Assembly: GCF_018350175.1 (NCBI RefSeq)
Contig: NC_058368.1
Coordinates: 210,738,001-210,802,000, forward strand
Source: Felis catus
Taxonomy: Eukaryota
Direction of reading: 5' to 3'
DNA: 64,000 bases
Each line of letters begins with the position of its first letter. Position 1 is the stretch's first letter. Both the position numbers and the translations under genes were made by a program. Below the pieces are notes generated by a model. That model did no database searches. It saw only the letters and a list, made by a program, of their open reading frames with translations, and had not been told where the DNA came from. Below are positions 48,654-62,527 of the stretch, one piece after another.

Positions 48654-51600
48654 TAATGATCTATTCACATTCATCTAAAATTTATCAGTGTACGTGAATC
48701 AGTTACCCAGTGATGTTACTGGAGTGATACAGGCTTCAACTTAACATTCTGTCCATAGGGGAACTATTAAATAATGTATTGCGAAGACTGGGTCATTCAC
48801 TGGGAAGAGAGGGAACAAGGCAAGAGCTAAGGTAGAGACCCCACCGTCAGAAGTTGAGTCTAGAAAGGCACTGGATCAATACCAAAGCCTGGAGTTAAAG
48901 AGTAAGAACAAGATAGTGTCTGGAGTCTTTGGGTCAAACAAATCAGATAAGACTTATGTAGGAAGACAGACAACCCTGTGGCCATTCATATTCTCCAAGG
49001 GAAAAGACCTGGTAACAACAAATACCACTGCATAAACAAATTGGGGGATGGGTATGTACACATCTGCTGTAGTGACATGGTTAGTGTTAAACCATAACGT
49101 GTATAAATGCATCTTTAAAGTCTAGTTAGCAGAAAATCATAAGCCCAAAGTGCTGTTGATAAAAATGTGCATTACAACACACTATAGGGTTAACCCAACA
49201 GCCACGGAAACCTCAACCGATCATGAATTTAAACAGTTAGTTCTCATTACAAACACAAATAGCAGCAATTAAAAAGCATGACCAACTTAAAACAACATTG
49301 ATGATGTGGTGGACACAAAACATCCTTCTTCCAAATTGAGAATTCCGACTACAACTTGTTTGTGGGCACACACACCAGATCTCTGCAAATTGCCAAGTGC
49401 TTTGTGGCAGAGACTTGGAAAAACCTGTCTTCAGGAAACTATGGCCAAACTCTAGTTTACGAATGTCAAATTTCAATCACTCCTAAATTCATTCAGTAGG
49501 TATCTGCTAATAAACAGCTTATGTAAAAATCAAACGCTGTGGGATTCTGGGTAATTTGCCAGTAAGAATCACGAAAAGGACCTGTATTGGGGGAAGGCTG
49601 GGCTTTACCAGGAGACCACTGCATAATTGAGAACCATTAGCTGCTGGGTGGGGGCTGTGCTGGAGCAGCTCTTGGTCTAGGGCACTTGGGTCCGGGCTTA
49701 GCCTGCTGCCCATGGTCCACTGGGTTTTCAGGGCTCCTCCCCACTCCCTACTGAATAGCTCATGGTTATCCTGCAACAGTGGATGTCCTGGCTGCTCCCT
49801 GACACTGTTCCTGCTTTCTTCTTCAGAGAGATAAACGATACCCCTGGCCACACCATTCCTGGACTAGCCCTCTCTCACGTATACCTGCTCTACTAATAGA
49901 GTGGGATGACTTAAGAAATAAGGTTAAGCAGTAAGGATCGAATTTTTTGTATCTCTATATGATGTGTTCATGAGCAAAAATTTGTTTTTATGCCTATTTC
50001 TAGGTGTAGTATTTAACAGTTTTAAGCATTAGGGCTTATGCTAATAGAGCTTTAAAAGCGTGGGCTCGAAGCCTGGATGTATCAGTTCTTTCAGGATGCC
50101 GGGTCTGTGTATCAACAGAGTATGCTAAGAATGTAACCTTTTTGAAAGTTAATTTCTAAGTTATGTATTTACTTGAAGGCTTAAAAGTCCTGAGTAAATT
50201 TAGTGATGATGAGCGTGACAACAGTTTCCTTTAGATAAGCTGCCAGTTGCTGTCCCTCTGTCTCTTGTGAAAGGCTATTTAAGCCAGATAATGCAGTTTC
50301 CAAGTTGAAGAATCTATTTTTCACTTGTATGGAGGAACATTTCACAAGTTTCTGAAGAGACAAAAGCTCTAATAATGGGGAATGATAATAGGCTAGTTTC
50401 CAGTATATCCTAGTACCTTTGTATGATCTATTTTCCATCACATAGTGAAAAGGAACAGAGCACATAAATATATATATCAGAACTCCAAGGATAATTGTCA
50501 TTTCTAGGAAAACAGCAAAGGCCACAAACAAAATAAACTGCATTGCTAGATGTTCACATACTCCTAACACAAGTGTACAATTTCCTGCAAAAGAAACATG
50601 CTAGCTGCTTCAGGATGTGGGTAAGACAAGCATGTTCCTGTGGTAATGATTTCCCAAACAAGAAAAAAGTCAGAAAGGCAAATCTTTGCTAAGCTGCAGA
50701 CTACCAGGTCTCCTGATTTATGAAAGCAGTAAGAATAGAGTAGATAAAGCTGTTTAAGAAACAACTCAGAAAAAAAATATTCTATAAGTCAGCAAAATTG
50801 TCAAAAAAATGACTTTTACTTTACAACAGAAAAAATACTTTCACATATTTTAATATTGTCAAAGCACTTATCGTGTAGCATTATACTTTAGGTTGACACA
50901 CTAAATCTACTATATTCTACAACCCTACAAAATAAATATGCATGGTATCCTATAAGGTTCAGTCAGTTTTTAAATAAAAACTGTTTTAGTGATACAAATA
51001 TAGATTCACCCAATTAAAATATGATGTACATTTAATTTCTCCTAACCTCTTTCCTTATCATTTTATCATAAATTTATCTTGTTTCGATATTTCTTCTTTT
51101 ACATATTAGTGCTATTTTACACTTTGCTCTTTTCATTGTCATTCATTCATTTTATTCATTCATCCTTTCAACAAACATTTATTGAGTATTTGCTAAATAT
51201 CAGCAAATGATTAGGTCAAATTATTCTTCTTTCTCGTTTCTTAATGAGTAAGTCGCACTTACTACCATTCTAAAACTTATTCAATAACATAATAATGGGC
51301 TTATTTCTCATTTCATTGATGCCAATCTACCCAGAACTTCCATCTGATAGCTATCGATTCTACATCTTTACCCTTAAAGGTGAGATGAAATGCAGTGGAG
51401 AGAGCAGGGTGGTAGGGAAAGAAATTAATATGCATTGTTTGCGTCCAATGTGCAGTGCACTTGACTAAGTATTTAATACATATTATCTTAAATAAGTTTC
51501 ACAACAACTAAATAAAGTAGGTATATTATTATCCCCATTTCATAAATTGGGAAACTGAGTCTCTCACCACCAAAGGGACAGGCTGCCTGAGGTCTCACCT

Positions 51601-52036
51601 TGGTCTGTCTGACACCAAAGGCTTTTCGGCAGCTCTTCTAAGAAGCAAAATTGGCACTCAATACTTTTTTAAATCTTTGAATAAAATTTTGTTTGAATCT
51701 ATGCTGTTCATGAAACTCAGACTATCTCCTCTTCCATATGCCTCTAAAAACCACATACTGTTTAAATAAATTACTAAAGAAATACCTTTATGCCAGGGTT
51801 TTTGTAGCAAAGGTAAACAGTTCATACAAAGAAAATGCTAATGAATAAATTAAAATATTTAAAAAATTCTGAAATCTATCAGCCCTGACAATATATTATG
51901 TTTTATTATTTTCCAGACCAGTCTTCTACTATTACCGGGAGTAACAGATGATAGATGATGAATAGGTCAGAGATTTAAAACTTAGTACATAAACACAAAT
52001 TAAACCAAGGGAAAATGCAAACATAAAATGCCCATT

Positions 52037-52042
52037 TTTATT
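52037..52042 (-). terminator. Candidate intronic poly(A) signal (AATAAA) for a short isoform ending ...EEYKVLTNME*
   Basis: tttatt on the + strand, about 76 nt past the read-through stop at 52118; AT-rich context makes chance occurrence plausible. Confidence 0.4.
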
Positions 52043-52138
52043 AACAGAGATGAAATGACATAATATCACAGAATCAATGTTAAAGAAACATCGTGTATTA
52101 TGTTGTGTTCTCTCTAATTATTCCATATTAGTAAGTAC

Positions 52139-52307
52139 CTTATATTCTTCGTAATCATTGCTATCTAGCAAGTCACTTTTCTCCAGTTCTGTAAGTTGTT
52201 CTGCAGAGGGCTTAGCTGGTAGATGCTTAATAGAGGCTTGCTGATATATGGGCTTTCCATTAAAAAACAGTTCCTTCCAATCATGCATCACCTTATATGG
52301 AATCAAA
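52139..52307 (-). CDS. SPEF2: SPEF2 coding exon (approx. exon 10), 169 nt: (N)LIPYKVMHDWKELFFNGKPIYQQASIKHLPAKPSAEQLTELEKSDLLDSNDYEEYK
   Basis: Acceptor ctatag|T completes the AAT codon; donor AAG|gtactt; phase 2 to 0. Confidence 0.95.
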
Positions 52308-53030
52308 CTATAGCAGAAAAGATTTTTAAAAAGGTAGAGATGAATCAATGGTCAATATATAGTCAATCAATAGTCAAATATACACCTTAAAGCTTAGTCT
52401 CTCTATTATCATATTCATTCCCCAGGATCTGCTATTTGAGGCTAGGGATTCCATTTACTATTATCGGATATGGCTAATGGCTAGTAGAAAGAACATCTGG
52501 AACTCAGCAGGTTTGAATGAATGAACATTACTTAAAGCCACTGGTCCTTCCAACTCATATTGACTGTGCACTAACAGAACATTATATCTTAAAATGGTGA
52601 GCACTGTCACAAAACTTAGGTTCTTTACTTCCTAGCTGTGATTTTAAATGGCTGTGCAACCTCAGAAAATCATTTAAATGCTCTAATATAAGTGTCCTCC
52701 TGTGCAAAAATGAGCAGACTGAGTATTTTCCGAAGCCCCTTTAAGATGGCAGTCGGTTTACATATTTGCAAGTAATTTATAATAGAAAGATCGAATGCAT
52801 GGTGGTTTTTATCATTGTTACATATTTGATAACCTTTAAAATTATTTTTCAGTAACTATTTCTATTTAAATATGATGACTGACTAAGATGTAATCAGGGA
52901 AATGGGAAAACAGTTTCAAGAAGAACAAAATGCAAAGAAAGGAAAGGGTCTAACATTCAGATGCATTTCTCTAAAACTGGTTGGACTGGAGCTTGAAATT
53001 ACAACAAAAAGTTAGTATTTCATTAATTTC

Positions 53031-53360
53031 ATTCTGATACATACTACATGGATGAAACTTGAGGACATATGTTAAATGAAATAAGCCAGACACTAAAAGA
53101 ACAAATAATGTATGGTTTCATTTCTATAAGATACCCAATTTAGACAAATGCGCTGAGACCAAACATAGCACAGACGTTACCAGGGGCTGGAGAGTTATTT
53201 AATGGGTACAGTGCTTCAGTTTGGAATGATAGAAAAGTTCTGGAGATGGATGGTCATGATGGTTGCATAGCAGTGTGAATGCACTTATGTCACTGAAGTG
53301 TACATCTAAAATGACTAAAAGAGTCAGTTTTATGTTATGTATGTTTTGCCACAATAAAAT
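53031..53360 (+). mobile_element. Old L1M 3' UTR fragment
   Basis: catggatgaaacttgaggacat...gttaccaggggctgg...gttctggagatggatggt...ccacaataaaa. Confidence 0.75.
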
Positions 53361-53826
53361 GTTGTACTTTAATTAAATGTACAACTTCAAATATAATCAC
53401 ATTATGTTTTCAATTAATAAAACATTTACAGTCGCTAAGGGTTACGTTGTCGAAATATGGAAGTTTAGAAATTAATAAGCTCAGGTATAGAAATACTGTA
53501 ACATCAGAATTATTGAAATGGCATTATTGACTTCTATGGTAAAGTAAGTAATTAACAACTTATATACTGTCCAAAAGTTAACCTTACAGTTACTGAATTA
53601 ATATCCTATTATCTGAATATCAATAATTTTAAGAAACAGTCTAAAAAGTTAGTTCTTTTGAGTAGGCTGATACCAAAAATATACCCGTGCTTTAGAAAAA
53701 ATATATATACTGATGACATCTTGTTTAATGAAGTAACATGAGTTTATCTTGACTGATAGTAGTGTAGATAATAAAATATTAATATATATGCGTAATTGTT
53801 GTGTTCAGCTGGAACCAAAAGACACA

Positions 53827-54450
53827 TATCTTACACCATACACAAAAAAACTAACTCAAAATAGATTAAAGACTTGAGTGCAAGACCTGAAACCATAAAA
53901 CTTCTAAAAGAAAACATAGGCAGTAAGCCCTTTGACGTTGGTCTCAGATTTGATACCAAAAGCAAAGGCAACAAAAGCAAAAATAAACAGTTGGGACTAC
54001 ATCCAACTTANNNNNNNNNNNNNNNNNNNNNNNNNNNNNNNNNNNNNNNNNNNNNNNNNNNNNNNNNNNNNNNNNNNNNNNNNNNNNNNNNNNNNNNNNN
54101 NNNNNNNNNNNNNNNNNNNNNNNNNNNNNNNNNNNNNNNNNNNNNNNNNNNNNNNNNNNNNNNNNNNNNNNNNNNNNNNNNNNNNNNNNNNNNNNNNNNN
54201 NNNNNNNNNNNNNNNNNNNNNNNNNNNNNNNNNNNNNNNNNNNNNNNNNNNNTCAGGGAAATGCAAGTCAGGGAAATGCAATCATCAGGGAAATGCAAAT
54301 CAAAACCACAATGTAATATCACCTCACGCTTGTCGGAATGGCTGGGATCAAAAAGATAAATAAAAAACGAGGATGTGGAGAAGAGGGAACCCTCTTGTGC
54401 ACTGCTGGTGGGAATGCAAACTGGTGCAGCCACTATAGAAAACAGTGGGT
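53827..54450 (+). mobile_element. L1 ORF2 3' fragment containing an N-gap
   Basis: RPETIKLLKENIG, AKATKAKINSWDYI and REMQ motifs; gcactgctggtgggaatgcaaactggtgcagccact. Confidence 0.85.
54011..54252. other. Assembly gap (242 N)
   Basis: N run. Confidence 1.
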
Positions 54451-55346
54451 TCTCAAGAAGATCTTAATTTGGGCAATTTGAGAGGTGTACATATTTAACT
54501 GGGTTGCCTTATCCTTGTCCTTGCGGAATTACTTTCACTGAGATACACTGCGATATCATTCTCCTGTAACTTTCAGCAAAGAATATCATAAGAAATAGGT
54601 CTCTGAGGCCAGATGATACATTTGTTTAAAAGATCTTGCTGAGAACATTCTCCACTAGATATACTACACTATTCAGTGTACCTTAGATGAGTGTGCCATG
54701 TGAGAGAGCTATTGTTCTAAATTTAGTGCCAAGGAAAGTTTTGCATTTTGTAATGAACTAGAATAGAAAATGGAAAACACATGGCAGATTGCATTTCCTT
54801 TTTTCCTTTGGCTACCAGGAAGCTCAGATAAAATCTGCAGCTCAGTTGCAGCCACTGGCAAATCTGCTGCCAATATAATTGTGTTCTAATTTATCTTTTG
54901 TTCTTAACTTTCTACTTTAATTTGGATTTTCCTTTGTTCTTATTTGGCATATTTTTAATATGTTTTGTATTATTGAATATTTCCTTATAAATACATTAAT
55001 TCCTTTTAGAAACAAGGTACAATGAAAATAAATAGATTTAATGACTAGTAATTTTTAAATAATTCCAGTATTTCAGAAAGTTCCAAGTGTGTCAAATAAA
55101 TTATTATAGTTGTCTTTGTAAATTACTGTAAATTTAGACACAAAGTTTAAATGTTAAAAGACATACAAATGCACCTTAAATAAGGCTATTGAGTGGGTGA
55201 ATTGAGTCAGTAATCCAGGTTTCCTGGACCCCACTTCTTAGTACTTTTTTCACGAAAAAATTTGTCTTTTCTTATCAACTGGGTGTCTACATACACAATC
55301 ACCATTTTCTGTGATGTCTGTAATGATTGTAAAAAGAAACACTTAC

Positions 55347-55534
55347 TTATCTGTCAACATTCGGTAGTCTGCCACTTTAGTGGACAAATCAAGTATTTGA
55401 TCCAAAATTTCTGCACATATCGTATAATGCTTTTTGTAACGAGCTTGAGCTCTTTCCACAGCAATCTGTTCATGAATTTCCTTCTCTCTGAGGGCTTGCT
55501 CCTCAAAATCAATCTTGGCTTGTTTTGCCAAAGC
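55347..55534 (-). CDS. SPEF2: SPEF2 coding exon (approx. exon 9), 188 nt: ALAKQAKIDFEEQALREKEIHEQIAVERAQARYKKHYTICAEILDQILDLSTKVADYRMLTD(N)
   Basis: Translation closely matches recalled mammalian SPEF2; acceptor tcttag|GCT, donor AA|gtaagt; phase 0 to 2. Confidence 0.95.
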
Positions 55535-57319
55535 CTAAGAAGACAGAGACATGTTTGAGTCAATGTAATTATGCGATGATTCAAACGAAAATAATGTTAT
55601 AATTTAAATGGGCAAAAAAAAACCTCTAAATAGAATGAAACCTCCTTTTATATCAAGAAGAACTTAATCATGAAGGAGAAGTTTTTTTCCTTATCAAGTA
55701 CTGAGTATGCTGGCAATGACAATATTGGAAATATTCCACTTTTAGCTTATCTTATCAGCAAAACATATTACAGAGAAAAGTGGTCCAACTGTGGAAAGCC
55801 CAACATAGATTAAAAATAAATTGGATCTTAAGTGTGTAAAAAGAAGCCTTGAGTTCATGGCTTGCAAATCGTCAGAGCCAGGGATCACAGAGAAACGGGC
55901 AAGCCTATGCCACCCTAGCATCGTAGCCCCTTCGAACCCATCTTAGGAGCTTTAACTGGGCACATCTGCTCCATTCAGCCGATGCCCTCTGTCTTGGAGT
56001 GAGAGAGTTCTAGGACACTGATTTATACTTAGAAAATGTTTTGGAAATTCCCTGATATTACTGGCTTGAGTCTATCACACACGCGCCAACAAATGTTAAA
56101 TGCGTTTAGACAACCAAAAAACCCTTCTGCTGTTACAGCCTTTATAAATCAGTAAAATTCACTCAGAGAACATTTATTTCTGCAGAAAGTAATGAAATAC
56201 TTAGAGTTTATCATGACCCTCTGCTTGGTTTGCACTATTATATTGTTCAGAGAAACACTTTCTTCACATCAAGTACAAAGGTCAAACTCAGCATGACTAA
56301 ATGTTGCTTTCAAATAGCTAAACCAGCTCCTTGAGAAATTCTATCCTGTGCTAACATGCTCCAGAAACAATACTTGCCTCCTGTAACGTAACCCGCTGAG
56401 TGTAAAATGAAGGTGAACTTGGGCCTTGGAGGAGCTGCCATCAAAGTCAAGCTCCAGCTTGTGTACAGAAGGCAAGTCCTAGGCTCCCACTCAGAGTCCC
56501 CCCTCAGCCTCCATGTCCTATAAGTGGGGGTATTAATAAGACTAGGCATGCACAGAAAAACTCACCAAACCATCCTGTCAGGGAAAATATTTCCTATGAT
56601 ACTACTCACACATGACTCAAATGCCTGACAATGCATTGCTTTCGTCCACTGAACCAAATGGAAGTTTCCTTTGCTTTTGTCGTTGTTTTATTTTGTTTGT
56701 TTTTATGGGGAAAGGGGTTGGACTGGGTGACCTCTGAGGTCAGTTCTGTACGTTTGGCAAGTTCGGGAATCACACCAGAATTTGTCCCTGCTGTATCGTT
56801 CTGCAGGCCCCGTTTTTCTGGGGCAAGCATATAATGCAAGTACAAAGCTTTAGGGCAGGCTTCATGACCTGCAAAGAGGTCAGAGGAAAGAGGAATCCAA
56901 AAGAAAAGCCGTAACTCGATGAGAATTTACAGAGACAGTGACAATAAAATGAGCTTGGGAGGCCGCTTTACTGCAGAGTGCCCATAAGGCCTGTGGAAAT
57001 GTTTACGGAGTGACAGGCCTGGAGCCTTGACGAGAAGGGCAGAATGTCCCCAGCAGGAAGAGAGCACCCTTCACCTCCGAGCTGTCTCCCTCCAACCCTT
57101 CCTTCCAACCCTTTCCTTCTTTTTAGCTATCAGTCTTCTACCTTTACCCCACCTCGCCTCCCTGTGCTAAACCCACCACAATTTCCTGTCCCGTTACAGC
57201 AAAGTGGGTTGAAGCCCTAAAAAAAAAAAAAAAAAAAAAAAAAAGAAGGGAAAGGAAAAAGGAAGTCTGTGGGAGGTAGTAAATCTCAGTGGTTACGAAC
57301 CCAGACTCTCGAGTCTGAC

Positions 57320-57520
57320 AGAGCCAGCTGTGCTCCTGTCTACACCACTGACAGGCTGTGCGACCGTGAGGTTTCTAAGTCTCATTTTCCTTCTGCATAA
57401 AACGTAGATAAAGAGAGCGTCCACTTCAAAAGGCTGTTGCGAGAATTCTATGTGCATGTAATGAACATAGTTCAATGCTTGACTCACGGTAAATACTCAT
57501 AAAAGGTTAAATATTATTAT
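57320..57520 (+). mobile_element. MIR SINE
   Basis: ggctgtgcgaccgtgagg...ctaagtctcattttcctt ctgcataa...ggctgttgcgagaatt. Confidence 0.55.
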
Positions 57521-57759
57521 AATTAAGTCCTGCTAGTAATAGCAGGTAGAGCAGAAATCTGAAATCAAAAATTCTTAATATAGAATAGATGCCCAATTAC
57601 CTTAAGGAAGAGACAGATTTAATCTAAAATCAAAACCAAACCAGACAAAAACTGATGATGGAAAACATGAAGTTCTCTCTCTCTCTCTCTCTCTCTCTCC
57701 CTCCCTCCCTCCCTCCCTCACTTGTGCTCTCTCTCTCCCTTTCTGCACCAGCACCCTCT

Positions 57760-59400
57760 ATGCTTTCTTTCAATGTACTGGACATTGGCCTAAGCCCTGG
57801 GGAAACAGTAGTGAGCAGAAGCAAGCACGCTCCCTTCCTCAGGAGCTTACATCCAGTGGGGGCTGGGGGGACAGTGAAAAAGCCACACAATGACTGTATT
57901 CTTGCACAGTATAAGTGTCACCAGGGAAGGACTATGGGGTACGGCGCATAACAGGGGGCCTGAACTAGACAAGAAGTGGCAGGTGCACAGAGCTCTGAAA
58001 GATGAGGATTCGCTGGGGAAAGGCATTTGGGAAGAAGGAGAAAGGCAGAAGAAATGACTTGTTCAGGATCTGAGAGCAGACCAGTGTGGCCAGAGCCTGG
58101 GAGACAGAGGGGAACAAGGTATGAGCAGGGATCTGGTCAAAGGGAAGCCGTGGGTGGGTTTTTGAGTGTGAGGGCAGTGGTCAAATTTGAGAGGCAAGAA
58201 GATTCCTCTGGCAGCAGAATGGAGAATGATCTGGAGGGGATGGAAGTAGGGCAGGTCATTTGTAGAAGTTATCTCTAGCTTCCCCTTCATTTTTAACAGG
58301 CAGGCAGATGTCTTTTTAACTCCTGCTTTAGGGAATTCCTGCAAGACAAAAAAGCAGAAGCTGCAGGAAACTCCTCTTCACTTTAAAAGGCCATCTTCAA
58401 AGGTGAATTAATCTAGGTCACTCAAAGAGAGAGCAGAGAAGGGAAGCTTTTGAGAGCAAAGAGAAAGAGGAAGAGAAAGTGCTCCCTGGCACTTCCTGGG
58501 GAGCAGCAGAGCCTCAGGGGGAACACATGAGGGACCAACAGAGGCTGGAATCGCCTCCGTGAAGACATGTGCCTCATGTGTGGGCTGGTAGCTGAGGCCT
58601 CAGAGGCAACAAGCTGGGCCTGGGCCTGACGACTGCAGAGCTTCCCTGATGACGTGGCCTGTGACCTGGGGCACCGTTCGTCTCTGTGGGCAGAGATGGG
58701 CTGCTGGAGTTTGAGCTCAGGTTGATTTAAAGGATATAGAAAATGTAGGTTCTTGCACACCCCAATTGTAGTTGTTAATTCATAGCCTCTCAAAATGGAT
58801 GAAGGAGGCCATTGCAGTGGTAGTAGTAGAGACTGGGGTATGGTGTAGACATGGAGAAAGATGGGCAAATTAAAGAGATAGTACATGAAATCGACAGGAC
58901 TTAGTGATGTTCTGGATATGGAAGAGAGGGTGAGGCAGGGTTCAAGTGGACCCTGAGATTTTACACTTGTGTAACTGAATAAAGGGTGGCATCATTTATT
59001 GGGATATAGAAACTTGAAAAAGGCCAGTTTAGTAACAAGGGTCATAAATTTGGCTTCAACATGTTGAATTTGAGGCATCTCTGAGACATCTGAGTAGAGA
59101 TGTCAGGAAAGCAGTTGAACACATGGGTCTTTAACCGCAGAAGGCAGAGACATAAATGCAGGAGTCATCTGTCTACTGGAGTGATTACACCCCCATGGTT
59201 GTGGATTAGGAGGTCCTCTGAGGAAATAACATAGAGGAGAAAAACAAGAGGCCTGGGACTTAAGCTTTAAGGAATCCCGACGTTAACATTTTGGTATTTG
59301 AGGAGAATGAGCTGGCAAAGAAGGGGAAGCCAATGAAGTAGGAAGAAAAGCAGGAGAGCATTTCTGCAATGGACCTCAGCAGAAAGGGACCACGTGAGAG
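57760..59400 (-). mobile_element. Fragmented L2 LINE
   Basis: catgttgaatttgagg...gagatgtcagg...gcagttgaa; gatgaaggaggccattgcagtgg. Confidence 0.55.
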
Positions 59401-61549
59401 CAAAACAGTAATTAACATTATATCATTAACGGTCCGTATCATTAGCACACTTAAAATCTTTAATACATTTAAAAGTACTTGGAGAATTTTCCCCCTTCTT
59501 CCACCACAAACAATAACAAAAACTACAAAAACAGAAGCAAGTTATAAAAACGATTTTAAAAACTCTCTTCTTCACAAAAGTTGAATGATTTGCTGTGGGT
59601 AACAAAATGGATTTTGTTTATTTAGTGCATGATGCTGGAAAGAAAAGGTCTGTTCCTTTGGCAAACTCAATTCAACATTTATTTCTTTGGCTCCTACTTC
59701 TACACCAGCCACTGTTGATGTAGGAGGTGATAGATTCAATGTTTGTGGAGGTAACCTGTGAAGTCAAGCCGTCTCACAGACAGGAGTGCCAGAGAAGCAG
59801 ACCCTCAGCTTTAGGGAAAGGTAATCATTGTGAGAGGAAGGGATATAATTTTTTTCAGATGCCTCAGAACCTCACAGTTCTGGTCTCTGAGGCTCTAGCA
59901 GGCCTGAGCATTCCAATCCTCTGAAGTTAATTCAAGGCCAGGTAAAGAAACAAGGAGGGAATCCTTCTCATCACAGTGGGATCAGTCCTACTATAAAGGC
60001 TTTACTATTCTGCACTTAATTATCTGGGCTTGAAGCAAACATATTTTTCAACAGGCACTTAGGAAGATTAGTGAAACGCTATTTCTAATGCAAGCAAATG
60101 CCATTCAATCCATTCAAGTTTACTCTTATAAAAAAAAAAAAAAAGAGGGATGAAACCGTTATCCAGATAATTCAGCTCTTTAAGAGGACACTCGAGATCA
60201 GTGTCCCTGCGGCTCATATTCATGGAGGTATATGGTTCTTCACCCCTACCCCTAACATTTCAGCTATGTCTGTTCTACAAAGGCAAAAGCACCATTTCCC
60301 TGACTCTCCAAACAATATTTCTAAAAATCGCATAATTTTGGCAAAAGCTGTATTTCATTTTTGTGGAATATCATCGTGGAAACCATGAGGCTGATAAATA
60401 AAGCATTCCCTTCCTATTTTTTGTAAGGTTTTCTCCGCTGTTCAGCCTAGTTTTGTGAATATTTTATGGCAGTAAAGACAGGCTATTGAAAATGCCACTG
60501 ACACGAGTTTTGAATTTCTCCAGTCAAATCTAGACCAACAGATAGAATAAATTTGGAATATCTCCAATAGAAAATAGGCAAGAATTAATCTATACAATCC
60601 ATTGATAGAACAGATCGATTTTGATTATTAGAGCCATTATATATACATAAAGATAAGGAAAAATATTAATGTATTAAATAATTGAAAGATTAGATATTTT
60701 GATGTCCGGAGCTATAAAAGGACCTAGACACAATACCATGTAACCAAGAGCACACCTATCATCTGGATCTTGGTATCTGTGTACTATTCTCAAATACAAT
60801 CAACCAGAGTACCCTGCACAAATGGTTTGTTTTGGAAGAAGGAATAATACAATATGGACTTGATATAATCTTGTTTTTTCAGAAAGAAAGGAATCATTTA
60901 TTAAAGACTTATGGTGTCTTATTAAAAGGAGGCAGCTTAAAAGTGCTCTCACTGATTGAGAATATTCACCTAGAATAAGAAACACCAATACCATTCTAGT
61001 AAACTTAGCAGACTGTAAAGAAAAATGAATTCTGTATGCATCCAGAAAAAGAGAGTAATGACACAATTGAAAATTAGATTATCATTAATCTTTTTGATGG
61101 TAACACTTTTACCAAAAGAAAATGGAATAATGTGTTTAATAAATTCAAGGAAAGAAAATGTGAACTAAGGATTTTATATACAGCAAAACTGACAATCAGG
61201 ATAAAAGACATCTACTGTTATCAGTATACCATACATAATACCCAATACAATATATAGGGAATATCGTTCCCTGACCCCTTCTTGAGAAATGTACTAGAGA
61301 ATGAGTTTCAGGCAAGCAAAACAACCAGAGATGTGAACATAAAGATGGGTGGTGAACATCAAATATTTGTGAAATCAAGACTAAAGGGAGAGTGTAATAT
61401 GTAGAAGCTCTATGTGCTGTCAATGTAGTTACAAAAAAATGAAAATGGGGAAATAAGAGAGAGATCGTATAAAAAATTGACTCTAAATACAGCTTTGTTT
61501 ACCTTGACTTGGTGGAAAAAATCAAAAGTAACTTGAGAAATATTTTTAA

Positions 61550-61745
61550 NNNNNNNNNNNNNNNNNNNNNNNNNNNNNNNNNNNNNNNNNNNNNNNNNNN
61601 NNNNNNNNNNNNNNNNNNNNNNNNNNNNNNNNNNNNNNNNNNNNNNNNNNNNNNNNNNNNNNNNNNNNNNNNNNNNNNNNNNNNNNNNNNNNNNNNNNNN
61701 NNNNNNNNNNNNNNNNNNNNNNNNNNNNNNNNNNNNNNNNNNNNN
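61550..61745. other. Assembly gap (196 N)
   Basis: N run. Confidence 1.
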
Positions 61746-62527
61746 AAACGCCTCCTGAAAACACCATTGGAGGAGCCAATTATTTGCCAAGGCCATGTCC
61801 AAATTTCCCATTGGGCTAAGAAGCCTATGCATAAATAATATCTAAAAGGCATAGTATTCATCAGCACCAATTTCTGCCATTTGATTTAAATTTGAACATG
61901 GCAAAAATCAAGTTATAAAAATGAAAATTTTCATCAAATATCGTATGTACAATTTTGGTATCTGGAAGCATCATGATCTTGCAAGTCATAATTACTTTAA
62001 ATGAATTCTTACTTTGTTTAAAATCCAATGAAAAATAAATTTAGTGACTGTTTTCAAGATTTTATAAACAAGGGATAGGATTCATAATTTATAAGCAAGT
62101 TTTCAGATGTGAAATATTAGTTGTAAAAACAAATACAGGCTTTGGCTGAAGATGGCAGATCTGGTTAGTTGCCAGTGTGGACATCTCAATGCATGAGTGA
62201 GGAAAAGCCACAATCTGATGGAATGGGAAGGCTGGAGGACAATCTAAGGGAAAATGACCTGCTTATCTTATAAAATCTCACTGGTTGTAATCTGAAAGAG
62301 AAGCTAGATGTATTCTCTTGGCTCTCGTGTCTATTTCAAGAGAACAGAAGGCGAGTCAGTAAGTGAACAGTGGTAAAAAACATTAAACCGGGAATCAGAA
62401 GCCATTGCCACCCCAGTCGTGCTATTAACTGGTGGTGTGGTCTTGGACAAGTAACTTGGATTTTCGGGGCCTATTTTTGACAGGTGAAATGCGGGATTTT
62501 GGTGGAAGATGATCTCCAAAGCCCCTT

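Noticed and set aside
54253-54300. Triple tcagggaaatgcaa repeat
   Set aside because: Abuts an N-gap inside L1; probably a gap-edge assembly artefact
58422-58886. 154-aa minus-strand ORF
   Set aside because: No recognisable homology; overlaps L2-derived and GC-richer intronic sequence
61410-61870. ORFs spanning X runs
   Set aside because: Artefacts of N-gaps
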